Source: an uncultured Bacteroidales bacterium
GTDB taxonomy: Bacteria > Bacteroidota > Bacteroidia > Bacteroidales > S143-33
Assembly: GCA_964649975.1 (NCBI GenBank)
Contig: CAZYSM010000001.1
Location: forward strand, 2,987-66,986
Reading direction: 5' to 3'
DNA length: 64,000 nt
Below the pieces are notes generated by a model. It did not search any database. It was not told where the DNA came from and worked only from the letters and a program-made list of their open reading frames with translations. Below, piece by piece: positions 38,459 through 48,074 of the stretch. The position numbers were made by a program, and so were the translations under genes. Every line of letters starts with the position of its first letter. Positions within the stretch are counted from its first letter, which is position 1.

Positions 38459-38466
38459 TTTTTTAA

Positions 38467-38474
38467 TAATTTTG
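38467..38474 (+). promoter_or_regulatory. -7 promoter box TAATTTTG
   Basis: Perfect match, 26 nt upstream of the ATG at 38500. Confidence 0.6.
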
Positions 38475-38499
38475 GATAGGTAAATTTAAAGAAATCCTT

Positions 38500-39360
38500 A
38501 TGAAAAAATTAATTTATTTCATCATAGGTTTATTTTTGGTCATTAGCTGTAAGAAACCAGACCTGGTCAAACCAGAACTTGACATAAGTCCGCAAGATTC
38601 TATTGTTAATTTCTCGGCTGTCCAGCCTGCTATTTTCCTGATAAAAGGAAAAGGAATGGAAGACTTACGTTCATTTTCCATTACCACCAATCCTTTTATC
38701 TACAAATTTGATACAAGTTTCCCGGCTTTCAAGCACTTTTACATGGATTCTATAGTAATTAAACTTCCGGAGGGAATAGATCTACCTTCTGACAGTATAA
38801 TAATTGCCAGCTTTACCCTCTCGGATGTATATAGCTCAACCACAGTAGTTAAATATCTCAGAGCACGGGATGCTTATCCTGACCTTATACACGACACAAT
38901 AGTACTTTATCATCCTACCCAGGGGCCATCTTATTTTGATATGGAAACGCATTCCATACTGGATACCACAGCCGAAAACGGCACATATGACCTTGTATTT
39001 GTCAACTCCCCTGATCTTGGTTATACCATTGCCTCCCCGGATGCACAATGGATTGCCGATACTTATGCCCAGGACAGCATCAACTATACTATTGATAATC
39101 AAAGACAAACCAAGTTACAAAAATCCCTTGTGGATTTCAACACCATGGACGACCGTTTTATGTACTATCTCACAGTAACTGAACGCTATATACAAAATAC
39201 ACCAGGATACGGAATAGGCATTGAAGGATTGAGTATAGGTACAGTATTTGTCTTTCAGACACAATCCGGCCGCAAAGGTGCTGCTAAAGTAATAGGAGCA
39301 ATACCGGCCAATCAGGCTATTATACTTGATATCAAATACCAATCGCGTCCCGCTCCATGA
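38500..39360 (+). CDS. Hypothetical lipoprotein
   Basis: Lipobox LVISC. No recognisable domain. Confidence 0.5.
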   Translation: MKKLIYFIIGLFLVISCKKPDLVKPELDISPQDSIVNFSAVQPAIFLIKGKGMEDLRSFSITTNPFIYKFDTSFPAFKHFYMDSIVIKLPEGIDLPSDSIIIASFTLSDVYSSTTVVKYLRARDAYPDLIHDTIVLYHPTQGPSYFDMETHSILDTTAENGTYDLVFVNSPDLGYTIASPDAQWIADTYAQDSINYTIDNQRQTKLQKSLVDFNTMDDRFMYYLTVTERYIQNTPGYGIGIEGLSIGTVFVFQTQSGRKGAAKVIGAIPANQAIILDIKYQSRPAP

Positions 39361-39935
39361 GTAAAAAGCAAAAGATTAGTGTATTTATCTGGATCACAAT
39401 AGTGGCTCTTTTTTGGATATGGATTTTGTATAAAGATACCAGTCTGAACACAAAAACAATAGCCGAATTTCTAAAAAGGTTCCAGAATTATATCATTGTA
39501 GCTTATCTTATATTCAGTTGTTTAAGGGCCTTTACGCTTATACCCAATATGACCGTTGTAATGGTTGGTACGTTAATTATACACAATCCGTATGTATTAT
39601 TAATCACCTCGTTAATCGGACTTATTGTATCATCCTCATTAATTTATTTTTTTGGAGAAGAAACTGGCATGGATAAAATCCTGTTACGCAAATACCCGGA
39701 AAAAATTACTTATATCAAAGAGCAAATTGAAAAATACGGTGCACCTGTAATATTTTTCTGGGGTTTCCTGCCAGTAGTTCCGTCAGACCTTCTTGCTTTT
39801 GTACTGGGAATAACGAAATTCAATTATAAGAAATTTGTCTTTTATTACACTGTTTCCCATATAATCACATACGGCCTGATCATCTTCTTAGGTAAAGAAT
39901 TCTGGGCTGTAATTTTTCCAGGAATACATAACTAA
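39357..39935 (+). CDS. VTT-domain (DedA/TVP38-like) membrane protein
   Basis: About 5 TM helices with …FFGEETG… and …FLPVVPSDLLAFVLG…, typical of SNARE-associated/VTT domains. Confidence 0.5.
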   Translation: MSKKQKISVFIWITIVALFWIWILYKDTSLNTKTIAEFLKRFQNYIIVAYLIFSCLRAFTLIPNMTVVMVGTLIIHNPYVLLITSLIGLIVSSSLIYFFGEETGMDKILLRKYPEKITYIKEQIEKYGAPVIFFWGFLPVVPSDLLAFVLGITKFNYKKFVFYYTVSHIITYGLIIFLGKEFWAVIFPGIHN

Positions 39936-42079
39936 TCCTCATCCTGTTCCACCTGTTTCATAGACAGCCCTATACGCTTGCGTTCAATGTCCAGGCTAAT
40001 AACTTTTACCCTGACATGTTGATGCACATGCACGACCTCTGTAGGGTCTGATACAAACCTATCGGCAAGCTCGGATATATGCACCAAGCCATTTTCCTTT
40101 ATACCAATATCCACAAAAGCACCAAATTTAGTAACATTCTTCACTACCCCCGGTAATACCATCCCCACTTTTAAGTCTTCTATGGAAGATATATTCTCGT
40201 CAAATTCCAGTACTTTGAACTCCTGGCGTGGATCACGGCCAGGTTTAGCCAGCTCCTGCATAATATCCTTTAAAGTTTGAGGTCCAGCCTTCTCATCAAT
40301 GTAGTTATTAAGATCAATCTTTTGCCTTAATTCCTCAGACTTAATCAAATCCTCCACCGCCACGCCTAAATCCTCTGCCATCTTTTCTACAATATAATAG
40401 CTTTCAGGATGTACCGCTGTACGGTCCAAAGGATTTTCCGCATCCGGAATACGTAAAAAACCAGCTGCCTGCTCAAATGCCTTATTACCCATTAATTTGA
40501 CTTTTTTCAAATCCTCCCGACTACGGAAAGGACCATTTTCCTGGCGGTATCGCACAATATTCTCGGCCAGGGTCCTCCCCACCCCGGAAATATAGGTAAG
40601 CAGATATTTTGAAGCAGTGTTAACATCCACGCCAACACGGTTTACCACATATTCCACTGTGCGGTCAAGCGCCTGTTTGAGCTTCGTCTGATTAACATCA
40701 TGCTGGTACTGCCCTACCCCAAGGGATTTAGGGTCAATCTTAACCAGCTCGGCCAGTGGGTCAATCAGACGGCGACCTATGGACACAGCACCACGGACAG
40801 TAACGTCATAATCCGGAAACTCCTCGCGTGCCACTGCTGAGGCGGAATAAATAGAAGCTCCGCTTTCGTCAACCACATATACCTTGACCTCGCGCGGGAA
40901 ACGGACTTTTTTCAAGAATTTCTCTGTTTCACGGCTGGCAGTGCCATTACCCAGAGCAATAACATCTACCTTGTATTGCTCAACCAGATGTGATATTGTA
41001 CGTGCGGCCTCCACAGCCTCCTTAGCACCAGAATGCGGATAAATGGTAATATTAAAAAGCAAATCACCTGATTCATTGAGCACTACAACCTTGCATCCAG
41101 TACGGAAACCCGGGTCTATGGCCAGAACACGTTTACGGCCAAGAGGTGGCTCCATTAACAGATGCCATAAATTCCGTGTAAACACCTTTATTGCTTCATC
41201 ATCAGCCTTGTCCTTGGCCTCGTGGCGCATCTCTGTCTCAAGCGATGGCTTTATCAAACGTTTATAACTATCTTCAATAGCTATCCTGACCTGTCGGGCT
41301 GCCTCATTATCAGCCTTGATAAAATGACGATACAGAATTTCCAGAGCAGTCTGCTTGTCCGGGGCAATATCCACGCTGATAATACCTTCGCGATCAGCAC
41401 GGAAGACAGCCAGAATACGATGCGAAGGAATACGGTTCAAAGACTGTGAATAAGAAAAATAGTCCCTATATTTTTGCCCTTCCTCCTGTTTGTCCTTCTT
41501 AACCTTAGTGGAAAGCACACTTGCCCGGCGGAAAAGATTGCGCAATTTTGCCCTGACCGTAGCATCCTCGCTAATCAACTCTGCAATAATATCCCTGGCC
41601 CCCTGCAAAGCATCTTCCACAGTCTCCACCTCATCGGAAAGAAATTTTCCGGCTTCGGACAAAACGTCAAAATCCTGTTGAGAGAAAATCTTATTAGCAA
41701 GTGGTTCCAGTCCTTTTTCACGGGCAATGGTGGCACGGGTACGGCGTTTGGGCTTATAAGGAAGATACAAATCTTCCAGATCAGCAAGTGTCCATACACT
41801 TTTAATTTTTTCCTCCAACTCAGGTGTAAGTTTTCCCTGTTCACGGATAGTATTAAGGATAGTCTCGCGCCTCTGGTCTATTTCAATAAGCTTTTTTTCA
41901 ATATCCTGTATGCGGGCAATAGCCACCTCATCCAATCCACCAGTATGGTCTTTACGGTAGCGTGCTATAAAAGGAATAGTGGCACCATTGTGCAAAAGCC
42001 ACAGTGTGCTTTTGACCTGATTCTCGGAAAGATTCAATTCACGGGCAATAAAAGAAACATAAAAAGGATTAAAGTCCAT
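39932..42079 (-). CDS. tex: Tex-family transcription accessory protein (YqgF + HhH + S1 domains)
   Basis: 715 aa. The N-terminus has TIPFIARYRKD, followed by a YqgF-like RVLAIDPGFRTGCK and a C-terminal S1 domain (GVVKNVTKFGAFVDIG). Confidence 0.95.
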   Translation of the reverse strand: MDFNPFYVSFIARELNLSENQVKSTLWLLHNGATIPFIARYRKDHTGGLDEVAIARIQDIEKKLIEIDQRRETILNTIREQGKLTPELEEKIKSVWTLADLEDLYLPYKPKRRTRATIAREKGLEPLANKIFSQQDFDVLSEAGKFLSDEVETVEDALQGARDIIAELISEDATVRAKLRNLFRRASVLSTKVKKDKQEEGQKYRDYFSYSQSLNRIPSHRILAVFRADREGIISVDIAPDKQTALEILYRHFIKADNEAARQVRIAIEDSYKRLIKPSLETEMRHEAKDKADDEAIKVFTRNLWHLLMEPPLGRKRVLAIDPGFRTGCKVVVLNESGDLLFNITIYPHSGAKEAVEAARTISHLVEQYKVDVIALGNGTASRETEKFLKKVRFPREVKVYVVDESGASIYSASAVAREEFPDYDVTVRGAVSIGRRLIDPLAELVKIDPKSLGVGQYQHDVNQTKLKQALDRTVEYVVNRVGVDVNTASKYLLTYISGVGRTLAENIVRYRQENGPFRSREDLKKVKLMGNKAFEQAAGFLRIPDAENPLDRTAVHPESYYIVEKMAEDLGVAVEDLIKSEELRQKIDLNNYIDEKAGPQTLKDIMQELAKPGRDPRQEFKVLEFDENISSIEDLKVGMVLPGVVKNVTKFGAFVDIGIKENGLVHISELADRFVSDPTEVVHVHQHVRVKVISLDIERKRIGLSMKQVEQDED

Positions 42080-42120
42080 TTGCTTAATAGTTAAAAGTAG
42101 GACTACTAAAGTAGAAATTT

Positions 42121-42513
42121 TTATTTAACCTTCCCAGCAGAGGCATCAGTTTCCTTAAATAAAAAAATCAAATACAAAGTTGAAGAAGTGAGACTTTCGT
42201 CACCGTTAACATCAGCAAAATTGTCAACATAGGTCCATCCATTATCCTGGAAATAGCCAATTACATCGGCCACTGTATTAAAGATAATCACCCGGCCATT
42301 TTCGTCGGTCACGGGCATATATTTCTTTGACAAAAGCTTACATTTATCCGGAATTTTATACAAAGCCTTTGTTTTACACATGGGCGATGGCACCATAATG
42401 AGCACAGGTTTTGATCCATTTACCTGTTCCAGAGGCAAACCTTCCACAAAAATCTGAGAAAAAGCCTCTGCAACAAATAATAGCAGCCCAAAAATTAATA
42501 ACATCCTTTTCAT
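42121..42513 (-). CDS. Hypothetical secreted protein, paralogue of the upstream gene
   Basis: Signal peptide. Shares QIFVEG, TDENGR and FQDNGW blocks with the 42523..43029 product. Confidence 0.5.
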   Translation of the reverse strand: MKRMLLIFGLLLFVAEAFSQIFVEGLPLEQVNGSKPVLIMVPSPMCKTKALYKIPDKCKLLSKKYMPVTDENGRVIIFNTVADVIGYFQDNGWTYVDNFADVNGDESLTSSTLYLIFLFKETDASAGKVK

Positions 42514-42522
42514 AACTGTTTT

Positions 42523-43029
42523 TTATGATGAAATTATAAAAAAAATTATAAGCGACGTATAAATTACCCCAGCAGTTCCGAGAATAATTTTTATCGCCCT
42601 ACTTCTATTAGGATGCTTTTTCTTTTCAGGCTTTGGGTGATTAGGAATAAAAGTAAACAGCTGAGTACTGTCAGTGAGTTTTTTATAAAAAATTGCATAT
42701 TCATATTCATGCCTGAATAAATCATTACTAAAAGTATGATAGTAAAATTCATGGGAATATTGAACTAATTTCCATCCGTTTTGGTCAAATAAGCTTATTA
42801 AATATCCTATTGCAGGGAAGACAATTCTTTTTCCTCTTTCATCGGTAATATAACCTCCATGTATTACAGAATCCCGGACATAAGGCACAACAGCCTGCCT
42901 ATTTACCAAACGCACCCTGATATAATTGCGCTGTACAAGAGTATCAAGCAGAGCCCCATCAACATAAATCTGAGGAAAACAGGATAAAACAAAGAAAAAT
43001 GAAAAAATAAAAAATAGAATTTTTTTCAT
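42523..43029 (-). CDS. Hypothetical secreted protein with C-terminal TM anchor, paralogue of the downstream gene
   Basis: Signal peptide, shared blocks QIYVDG, TDERGK and FDQNGW, then a basic linker and a C-terminal hydrophobic helix. Confidence 0.5.
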   Translation of the reverse strand: MKKILFFIFSFFFVLSCFPQIYVDGALLDTLVQRNYIRVRLVNRQAVVPYVRDSVIHGGYITDERGKRIVFPAIGYLISLFDQNGWKLVQYSHEFYYHTFSNDLFRHEYEYAIFYKKLTDSTQLFTFIPNHPKPEKKKHPNRSRAIKIILGTAGVIYTSLIIFFIISS

Positions 43030-43085
43030 TGGTCTGGGATTTTTATTTTTAATTTACAGAAGGGTTAAGAGAATTTCAACAAACT

Positions 43086-43481
43086 ATGTTATATCTGTCT
43101 GATTTCTATGCACTTTATTTAATAGCTTTGTTAGGTTCAATAATCGCGTTTATCAAAAAAGAATTTTTCTGGGGCACCATTTTACTAATATATTTTCTGG
43201 GAGGAGTAATTTTTTTCCTCAGGTACGGAACAATAAACAAAGCCATAAAAGCTTTTAATAAAGGAAAAATCTCACGAGTACAGAAACTAATCAATGTCAT
43301 ACCCACAGACAGATACATGACAGATGAGACAAAAGCATATTATTATTTCCTCAAAGGGATAATCTTTTACCATCAAGGAAAAAATATAGAAGCAAATAAA
43401 TTTTTAGCTATGGCTATTGGTATGAATAAACTATCTCCTTCATACGAACGCCTGGCAAGAGAAATAATAGCTAAAACATAA
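43086..43481 (+). CDS. Hypothetical membrane protein with TPR-like C-terminal helices
   Basis: Two N-terminal TM helices. No recognisable catalytic motif. Confidence 0.4.
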   Translation: MLYLSDFYALYLIALLGSIIAFIKKEFFWGTILLIYFLGGVIFFLRYGTINKAIKAFNKGKISRVQKLINVIPTDRYMTDETKAYYYFLKGIIFYHQGKNIEANKFLAMAIGMNKLSPSYERLAREIIAKT

Positions 43482-43493
43482 AAACCAGAAGTT

Positions 43494-44093
43494 ATGCCTT
43501 ATCTAATAGTTGATTTGGAAATGACAGGGCCAGACCCGGAATTTCATGATTTTATACAAATAGGTGCTGTCCTGGCCAATGATAAATGGGAAAAAATAAA
43601 TGAATTTAACACCCTCGTATATCCGGACAATGAAGATGCATTCTCGGTCTATGCCGAAAAAGTCCATGGACTGTCAATACACGACCTCTACGATGCTCCC
43701 GCGTCATACGAAGCTCTGGAAGACCTAGAACAGTGGGTTATGGATAATCTCCATACCCATAACCGGCGTTTCTTGCGCAAAGTAACCATTGCAGGACAAA
43801 GTGTGTTCAATGACATCAGTTTCCTGAAAGCCAAATACCTCAGACATAAGATGCCATGGCCTTATGCATACAAGATGCTGGATTTGACCAATATAACATT
43901 TATTTTCTACAAAATCTTTGATGCCAATGACATTGCCAGGCCTAAATATTATAACCTGGATGCAGTGGCAGAATTTTTTGGTCTCTCCCGGAGTGAGGAT
44001 ACACATGACGCCCTGGAAGATGCACGTCTTACCTATGAATGTTTTAAAAAGTTCCTGGAACTAACAAAGCAAACAAAAATAATAAAAGAATAA
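43494..44093 (+). CDS. DEDDh 3'-5' exonuclease (DnaQ-like)
   Basis: Exo I motif VDLEMTG and Exo III motif HDALEDARLT. Confidence 0.75.
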   Translation: MPYLIVDLEMTGPDPEFHDFIQIGAVLANDKWEKINEFNTLVYPDNEDAFSVYAEKVHGLSIHDLYDAPASYEALEDLEQWVMDNLHTHNRRFLRKVTIAGQSVFNDISFLKAKYLRHKMPWPYAYKMLDLTNITFIFYKIFDANDIARPKYYNLDAVAEFFGLSRSEDTHDALEDARLTYECFKKFLELTKQTKIIKE

Positions 44094-44125
44094 GGGAGGC
44101 TTCATACCTCCCTTATTCCTTTTTC
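44091..44125. terminator. Hairpin between the convergent exonuclease and M28 peptidase genes
   Basis: Stem taagggagg pairs with cctccctta, with a T-rich 3' flank. The U-tract is imperfect. Confidence 0.5.
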
Positions 44126-44126
44126 T

Positions 44127-45884
44127 CTAAAACTTCACTTTAAATTCTATGGTTTTATCGCCTCGCCTAACAATGATACTTGTAGTATCTCCGGGCTTAA
44201 ATTTGCTTAAAGCTCCCATATAATCGTATATATTTTCAACAGTAGTATTTCCTATCTGCACAATTACATCACCTTTTTGTATTCCTGCTTTATCAGCAAC
44301 ACCACCGTCAACGACAGCATCAACTTTTAATCCTTTTCCAGAATAGTCAAAAGCAGGCCGCACGCCCAAACGCACTTTCATACCACCATAACCACCTCGC
44401 GACTTATCCTTCTGCTTAACAAAATGGAATTTTCCTGGATAATCAGCAACTTTTTTTATTAACTCAGCAATATAATCCAGTATTAAAGCCTCCCCGTCAT
44501 AATTAATATACTGGGGGTCATCTTCTGGAGTATGATACCCTTCTCCAGTACTAGCATAAACAAATATTGCAGGAATACCCGCATCAATAAACGATGCATG
44601 GTCAGACCCACCAAAAGCTTGTTTCACTGTTTTAATCTTCAACGTAGTATCTGGTAGCGTTAAAGAGTGAAAAATATCTGGTAATTCACGGGCTGTGCCC
44701 ACTCCCATAAAACTAGCCTCATATTTGTTTTTGCCAATCATATCCATATTAATCATCAAATCAATACTATCCTTAGGCACAGGTAGATGTTCCACAAAAT
44801 ATTTGGAACCAAGCAAGCCTCTTTCCTCAGCCCCAAAATTTACAAAAATAATACTCCGTCCGAGGCTATCCCTTATAGAAGCTAAATATTCCATAAGTTC
44901 CATTACTCCGGCAGTACCAGAAGCATTATCATCAGCCCCATTATGTACAGCTATAGTATCAGGTTTACGGGAACCAGACTCATAACCTCCCATACCCAGA
45001 TGGTCATAATGAGCTCCCACTATAATATAATGTCCTGATAAACGAGGATCGTTTCCGGGTAATAATGCCACAACATTTTGTGTTTTACAATTAACAATAC
45101 GATAATGTACTGCAGCCCGTATTTGGGTTTTCACGTCAAAACTATAAGTACCATTCTTTTTAAGTTGCTTATCAATATCATCCAGGCTTTGATGCAATAT
45201 CTTCTCCGCTCTTTTGTGGGTAAGCTGAATGACAGGTATATGAGCCATAGCCACAAACCGCGGTAAAGTAAAAGGCAAAAGCTTATCCTGATTATCTCCA
45301 GGCGGATTAATAAAAATCACACCTGCAGCACCGTGTTTGTATGCGGTATTAACTTTAATCCGTTCGGATTTATATTTTGAAAGGATTTTTTTATCAACAG
45401 GGGGATTGTCAGGCATACCCCGCAGTATCATCACCCATTTATCTTTAACATCTACTCTGGCATAATCGTTCCAGCGGACAGAATCGCCTTCCTCTATATC
45501 AAAACCATAGCCTACAAACACAACTTTATCAGTATAAAAATAGCCTGTATCAGAAAAAGCAAATGGCATATAGTCCTTGCCTAATTTCAACTTTCTTCTG
45601 CCAATAATAAAATAATTATCCCCTTCCAGCTGAGCACCAATATTGATCTGAAAATACTGAAAACCACTATCTGCCAACAATTCTAAGCCATTGTTAATAT
45701 AGTCTTGACGTAGAAAATCCGCAATTTGCTTACTTTCAGGCGTACAAGGAAAACGTCCTTTTTTATCATCAGATGCCAGATAATAAATCCAATCCTTTAG
45801 CTCAGCACTCGTAATTTCTGATTGTGGAAAAACATTTATCAATGCCAAAAACAGAAAGTAAAAAATTATAACAATGCGTTTCAT
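44127..45884 (-). CDS. M28-family aminopeptidase with C-terminal PDZ domain
   Basis: Signal peptide, zinc-ligand motifs (AHYDHLG, GADDNASG), and a PDZ-like GLKVDAVVDGGVADKAGIQKGDVIVQIG. Confidence 0.8.
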   Translation of the reverse strand: MKRIVIIFYFLFLALINVFPQSEITSAELKDWIYYLASDDKKGRFPCTPESKQIADFLRQDYINNGLELLADSGFQYFQINIGAQLEGDNYFIIGRRKLKLGKDYMPFAFSDTGYFYTDKVVFVGYGFDIEEGDSVRWNDYARVDVKDKWVMILRGMPDNPPVDKKILSKYKSERIKVNTAYKHGAAGVIFINPPGDNQDKLLPFTLPRFVAMAHIPVIQLTHKRAEKILHQSLDDIDKQLKKNGTYSFDVKTQIRAAVHYRIVNCKTQNVVALLPGNDPRLSGHYIIVGAHYDHLGMGGYESGSRKPDTIAVHNGADDNASGTAGVMELMEYLASIRDSLGRSIIFVNFGAEERGLLGSKYFVEHLPVPKDSIDLMINMDMIGKNKYEASFMGVGTARELPDIFHSLTLPDTTLKIKTVKQAFGGSDHASFIDAGIPAIFVYASTGEGYHTPEDDPQYINYDGEALILDYIAELIKKVADYPGKFHFVKQKDKSRGGYGGMKVRLGVRPAFDYSGKGLKVDAVVDGGVADKAGIQKGDVIVQIGNTTVENIYDYMGALSKFKPGDTTSIIVRRGDKTIEFKVKF

Positions 45885-45920
45885 TTCTTAAACAGTTTAA
45901 TTTTTGGAAAAATAAAAAAA

Positions 45921-47036
45921 TTAATCACTATTGAGCAAAGTTTTATATAAATACAGAAGTTTTTTCTCCTCCTCAGACCAGTTGAATTTTTCAATAACAG
46001 CCTTTCTACCATTTTCTCCCATTTTTGCGGCTATATCAGGATTTTTAATCAGATATTCAATGGCATTAGCTATTTCTTTTGGATTAAGTGGGTCAACAAA
46101 TATAGCGCAATCTGTTCCCTTGAGTAATTCCTTCCAGAAAGGGAAATCCGAAGCAATGACCACAGCCTTAGCAGCCATATATTCAAACATTTTTATAGCA
46201 ATGGCTTCCTTGTATTTAGGCGTGGGGTGAATAACTACCAATCCAGCAATAGCTTCATTAAGAAGATCAGCAATTTCTTGCCTGTTTAAATATCCCCTGT
46301 AATCCACTTTTTTCCAACCTCGCATTTGCTCAATATCGTGTCTAAAACTTTCCGGAGCAAACTTACCAGCTAAAACTAACTTTACATCACCGTCCACATA
46401 CTCCATGGCTTTGACCATTTCCCTCACACCTCTGGGAGGTGTCAATCCGCCCACATAGGCCACAAGACGAGGATTTTTATCAATATCATTAAGGTCAAAC
46501 TCTTTAAGGTCTGGATAATTTCTTACCTCAATAGTATTTATACCGTAAGATTTAAACTTCTGGGCATTAAAAGGTTCCGCTGTTATGACAAAATCAAATT
46601 TACGGCATCTGCTTTTTTCATAAACCTTCATAAAAAAATACAAAACAGACTTTGCCGGACGGGGTATGTAAGTTTTATGGAAAACCTGCTTGGGCACATC
46701 CTCGTGAGAATCGTAAATAACCTTTTTCCCTTTTTTCTTTAACTTTATACCAACAGGAATCAATTCAGGGTCGTGAAAATGATATAAATCCGCGTCAATT
46801 TCCAGTGCTTTTTCCAGGGCTTTCTTACCATAAAAAAGGAGACGCTGCAATCTCCCTGTTGGCTTACCAATATCCCATATTTTCACCCCGTTTACTTGTT
46901 CATAGCCTTTCCCATCAGCTACAATGAAATTAGTATCATAACCAGCACGGGCAATACTCACAAGCTCTTTGTGAAAAACCCGGGAATCGTATCTTGGATG
47001 CACGGTGGAAATATGACAAATTACTGGTTTACTCAT
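45921..47036 (-). CDS. Family 4 (GT-B, group 1) glycosyltransferase
   Basis: N-terminal ICHISTVHPRYDSRVFHKE and C-terminal …KEAIAIKMFEYMAAKAVVIASD… (the EX7E-like region). Confidence 0.8.
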   Translation of the reverse strand: MSKPVICHISTVHPRYDSRVFHKELVSIARAGYDTNFIVADGKGYEQVNGVKIWDIGKPTGRLQRLLFYGKKALEKALEIDADLYHFHDPELIPVGIKLKKKGKKVIYDSHEDVPKQVFHKTYIPRPAKSVLYFFMKVYEKSRCRKFDFVITAEPFNAQKFKSYGINTIEVRNYPDLKEFDLNDIDKNPRLVAYVGGLTPPRGVREMVKAMEYVDGDVKLVLAGKFAPESFRHDIEQMRGWKKVDYRGYLNRQEIADLLNEAIAGLVVIHPTPKYKEAIAIKMFEYMAAKAVVIASDFPFWKELLKGTDCAIFVDPLNPKEIANAIEYLIKNPDIAAKMGENGRKAVIEKFNWSEEEKKLLYLYKTLLNSD

Positions 47037-47298
47037 TCTTTTGAGGCTTTATCGGTTTATAAACATAAGCTTTTATCCTGTCCAGACCATTAAGCTTAAA
47101 AGCTGTAACACGGTGACGTCCATCACGGATTAGATATTGGCCATTATCCAGCAGCATAACCTTTATGGGCGGAAGAGAATTAGGGTCAAGCTGCTTGTTA
47201 TAAATTTTCATTGCCAGATCCAGGGTCTGGGGATTCAAAGGAATATTATCAAACTTTATATTGCTGATGTATATGTATTTAACCTGTTTTGTTCCCAT
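47029..47298 (-). CDS. Small ParB/sulfiredoxin-like N-terminal-domain protein (89 aa)
   Basis: ParBc layout: …LPPIKVMLLDNGQYLIRDGRHRVTAFKLNGLDRIKAYV…, with no HTH or dimerisation domain. TAATG overlap with the upstream gene and an 8-nt overlap with the downstream GT4. Confidence 0.55.
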   Translation of the reverse strand: MGTKQVKYIYISNIKFDNIPLNPQTLDLAMKIYNKQLDPNSLPPIKVMLLDNGQYLIRDGRHRVTAFKLNGLDRIKAYVYKPIKPQKNE

Positions 47299-48074
47299 TA
47301 TGTAAGAGGTTGAAGCACTACCAGATGTGGATTTTTATGCCGCTGATAAGGCGGTTTTTCCAACTTTATAGGATGAGCGCTGTGCGTCATTATCCACACA
47401 GCAATGGAATCCATCCACCGGTAAGCAGAAGAATAAACAGGATGTGCTCCATCCTTGAAACGCTTGAAATCCGGCGTCATAGTCATTTTATAAGATGGGA
47501 AAAAATGGTCTGCCCCAACAAATGAGGCAATGAGGTCGTTTATTCCAGAATCTTTTTTCCAGTTAGGCGGCCCAACCCATACAAAAGGCAGGGTATCTAT
47601 CTGGCGCAAAATGTTTTTCACATACTTTGCCCGCCGATCTTTTATCTTAGGCACAAATAATTCGTTAGCCCCCAGTACAAGAATAACATAAGTAGGATGA
47701 AATTTCTTTATAAAATATTCCAGAGTATCGGACTGTCCGTAATACTTGGTAGTAGCGCTATACCACATTACCACATACAATTGGTGTCCGTTATAATCGC
47801 AATAATCTTTCATGGCATAACGAAGCTGCTCCAGCATGGAATCCCCGGCAAGCAAAATTATCTGCTTACTGGTATCCACAGGTGGACGTTTCCAGGTAAT
47901 ATCAGCAGCTACCAGAGCATCCACCTTGGTAGTATCGCCTAAAACAAATTGGGCAAAATGCGTTTTTTTTACCTCCACATGTCCTATGTGCAGAGTATAA
48001 GGAACGTAAGAATAGAGAGTTAGCACGAAAAGGGTAATCAAAAGTATCCAGATAAATCCCCATACAGGTTTCAT
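47298..48074 (-). CDS. Membrane-anchored SGNH/GDSL-like hydrolase (putative)
   Basis: N-terminal TM helix, block I ILLAGDSM, block III-like LGANE and block V DGAHP. Confidence 0.45.
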   Translation of the reverse strand: MKPVWGFIWILLITLFVLTLYSYVPYTLHIGHVEVKKTHFAQFVLGDTTKVDALVAADITWKRPPVDTSKQIILLAGDSMLEQLRYAMKDYCDYNGHQLYVVMWYSATTKYYGQSDTLEYFIKKFHPTYVILVLGANELFVPKIKDRRAKYVKNILRQIDTLPFVWVGPPNWKKDSGINDLIASFVGADHFFPSYKMTMTPDFKRFKDGAHPVYSSAYRWMDSIAVWIMTHSAHPIKLEKPPYQRHKNPHLVVLQPLT

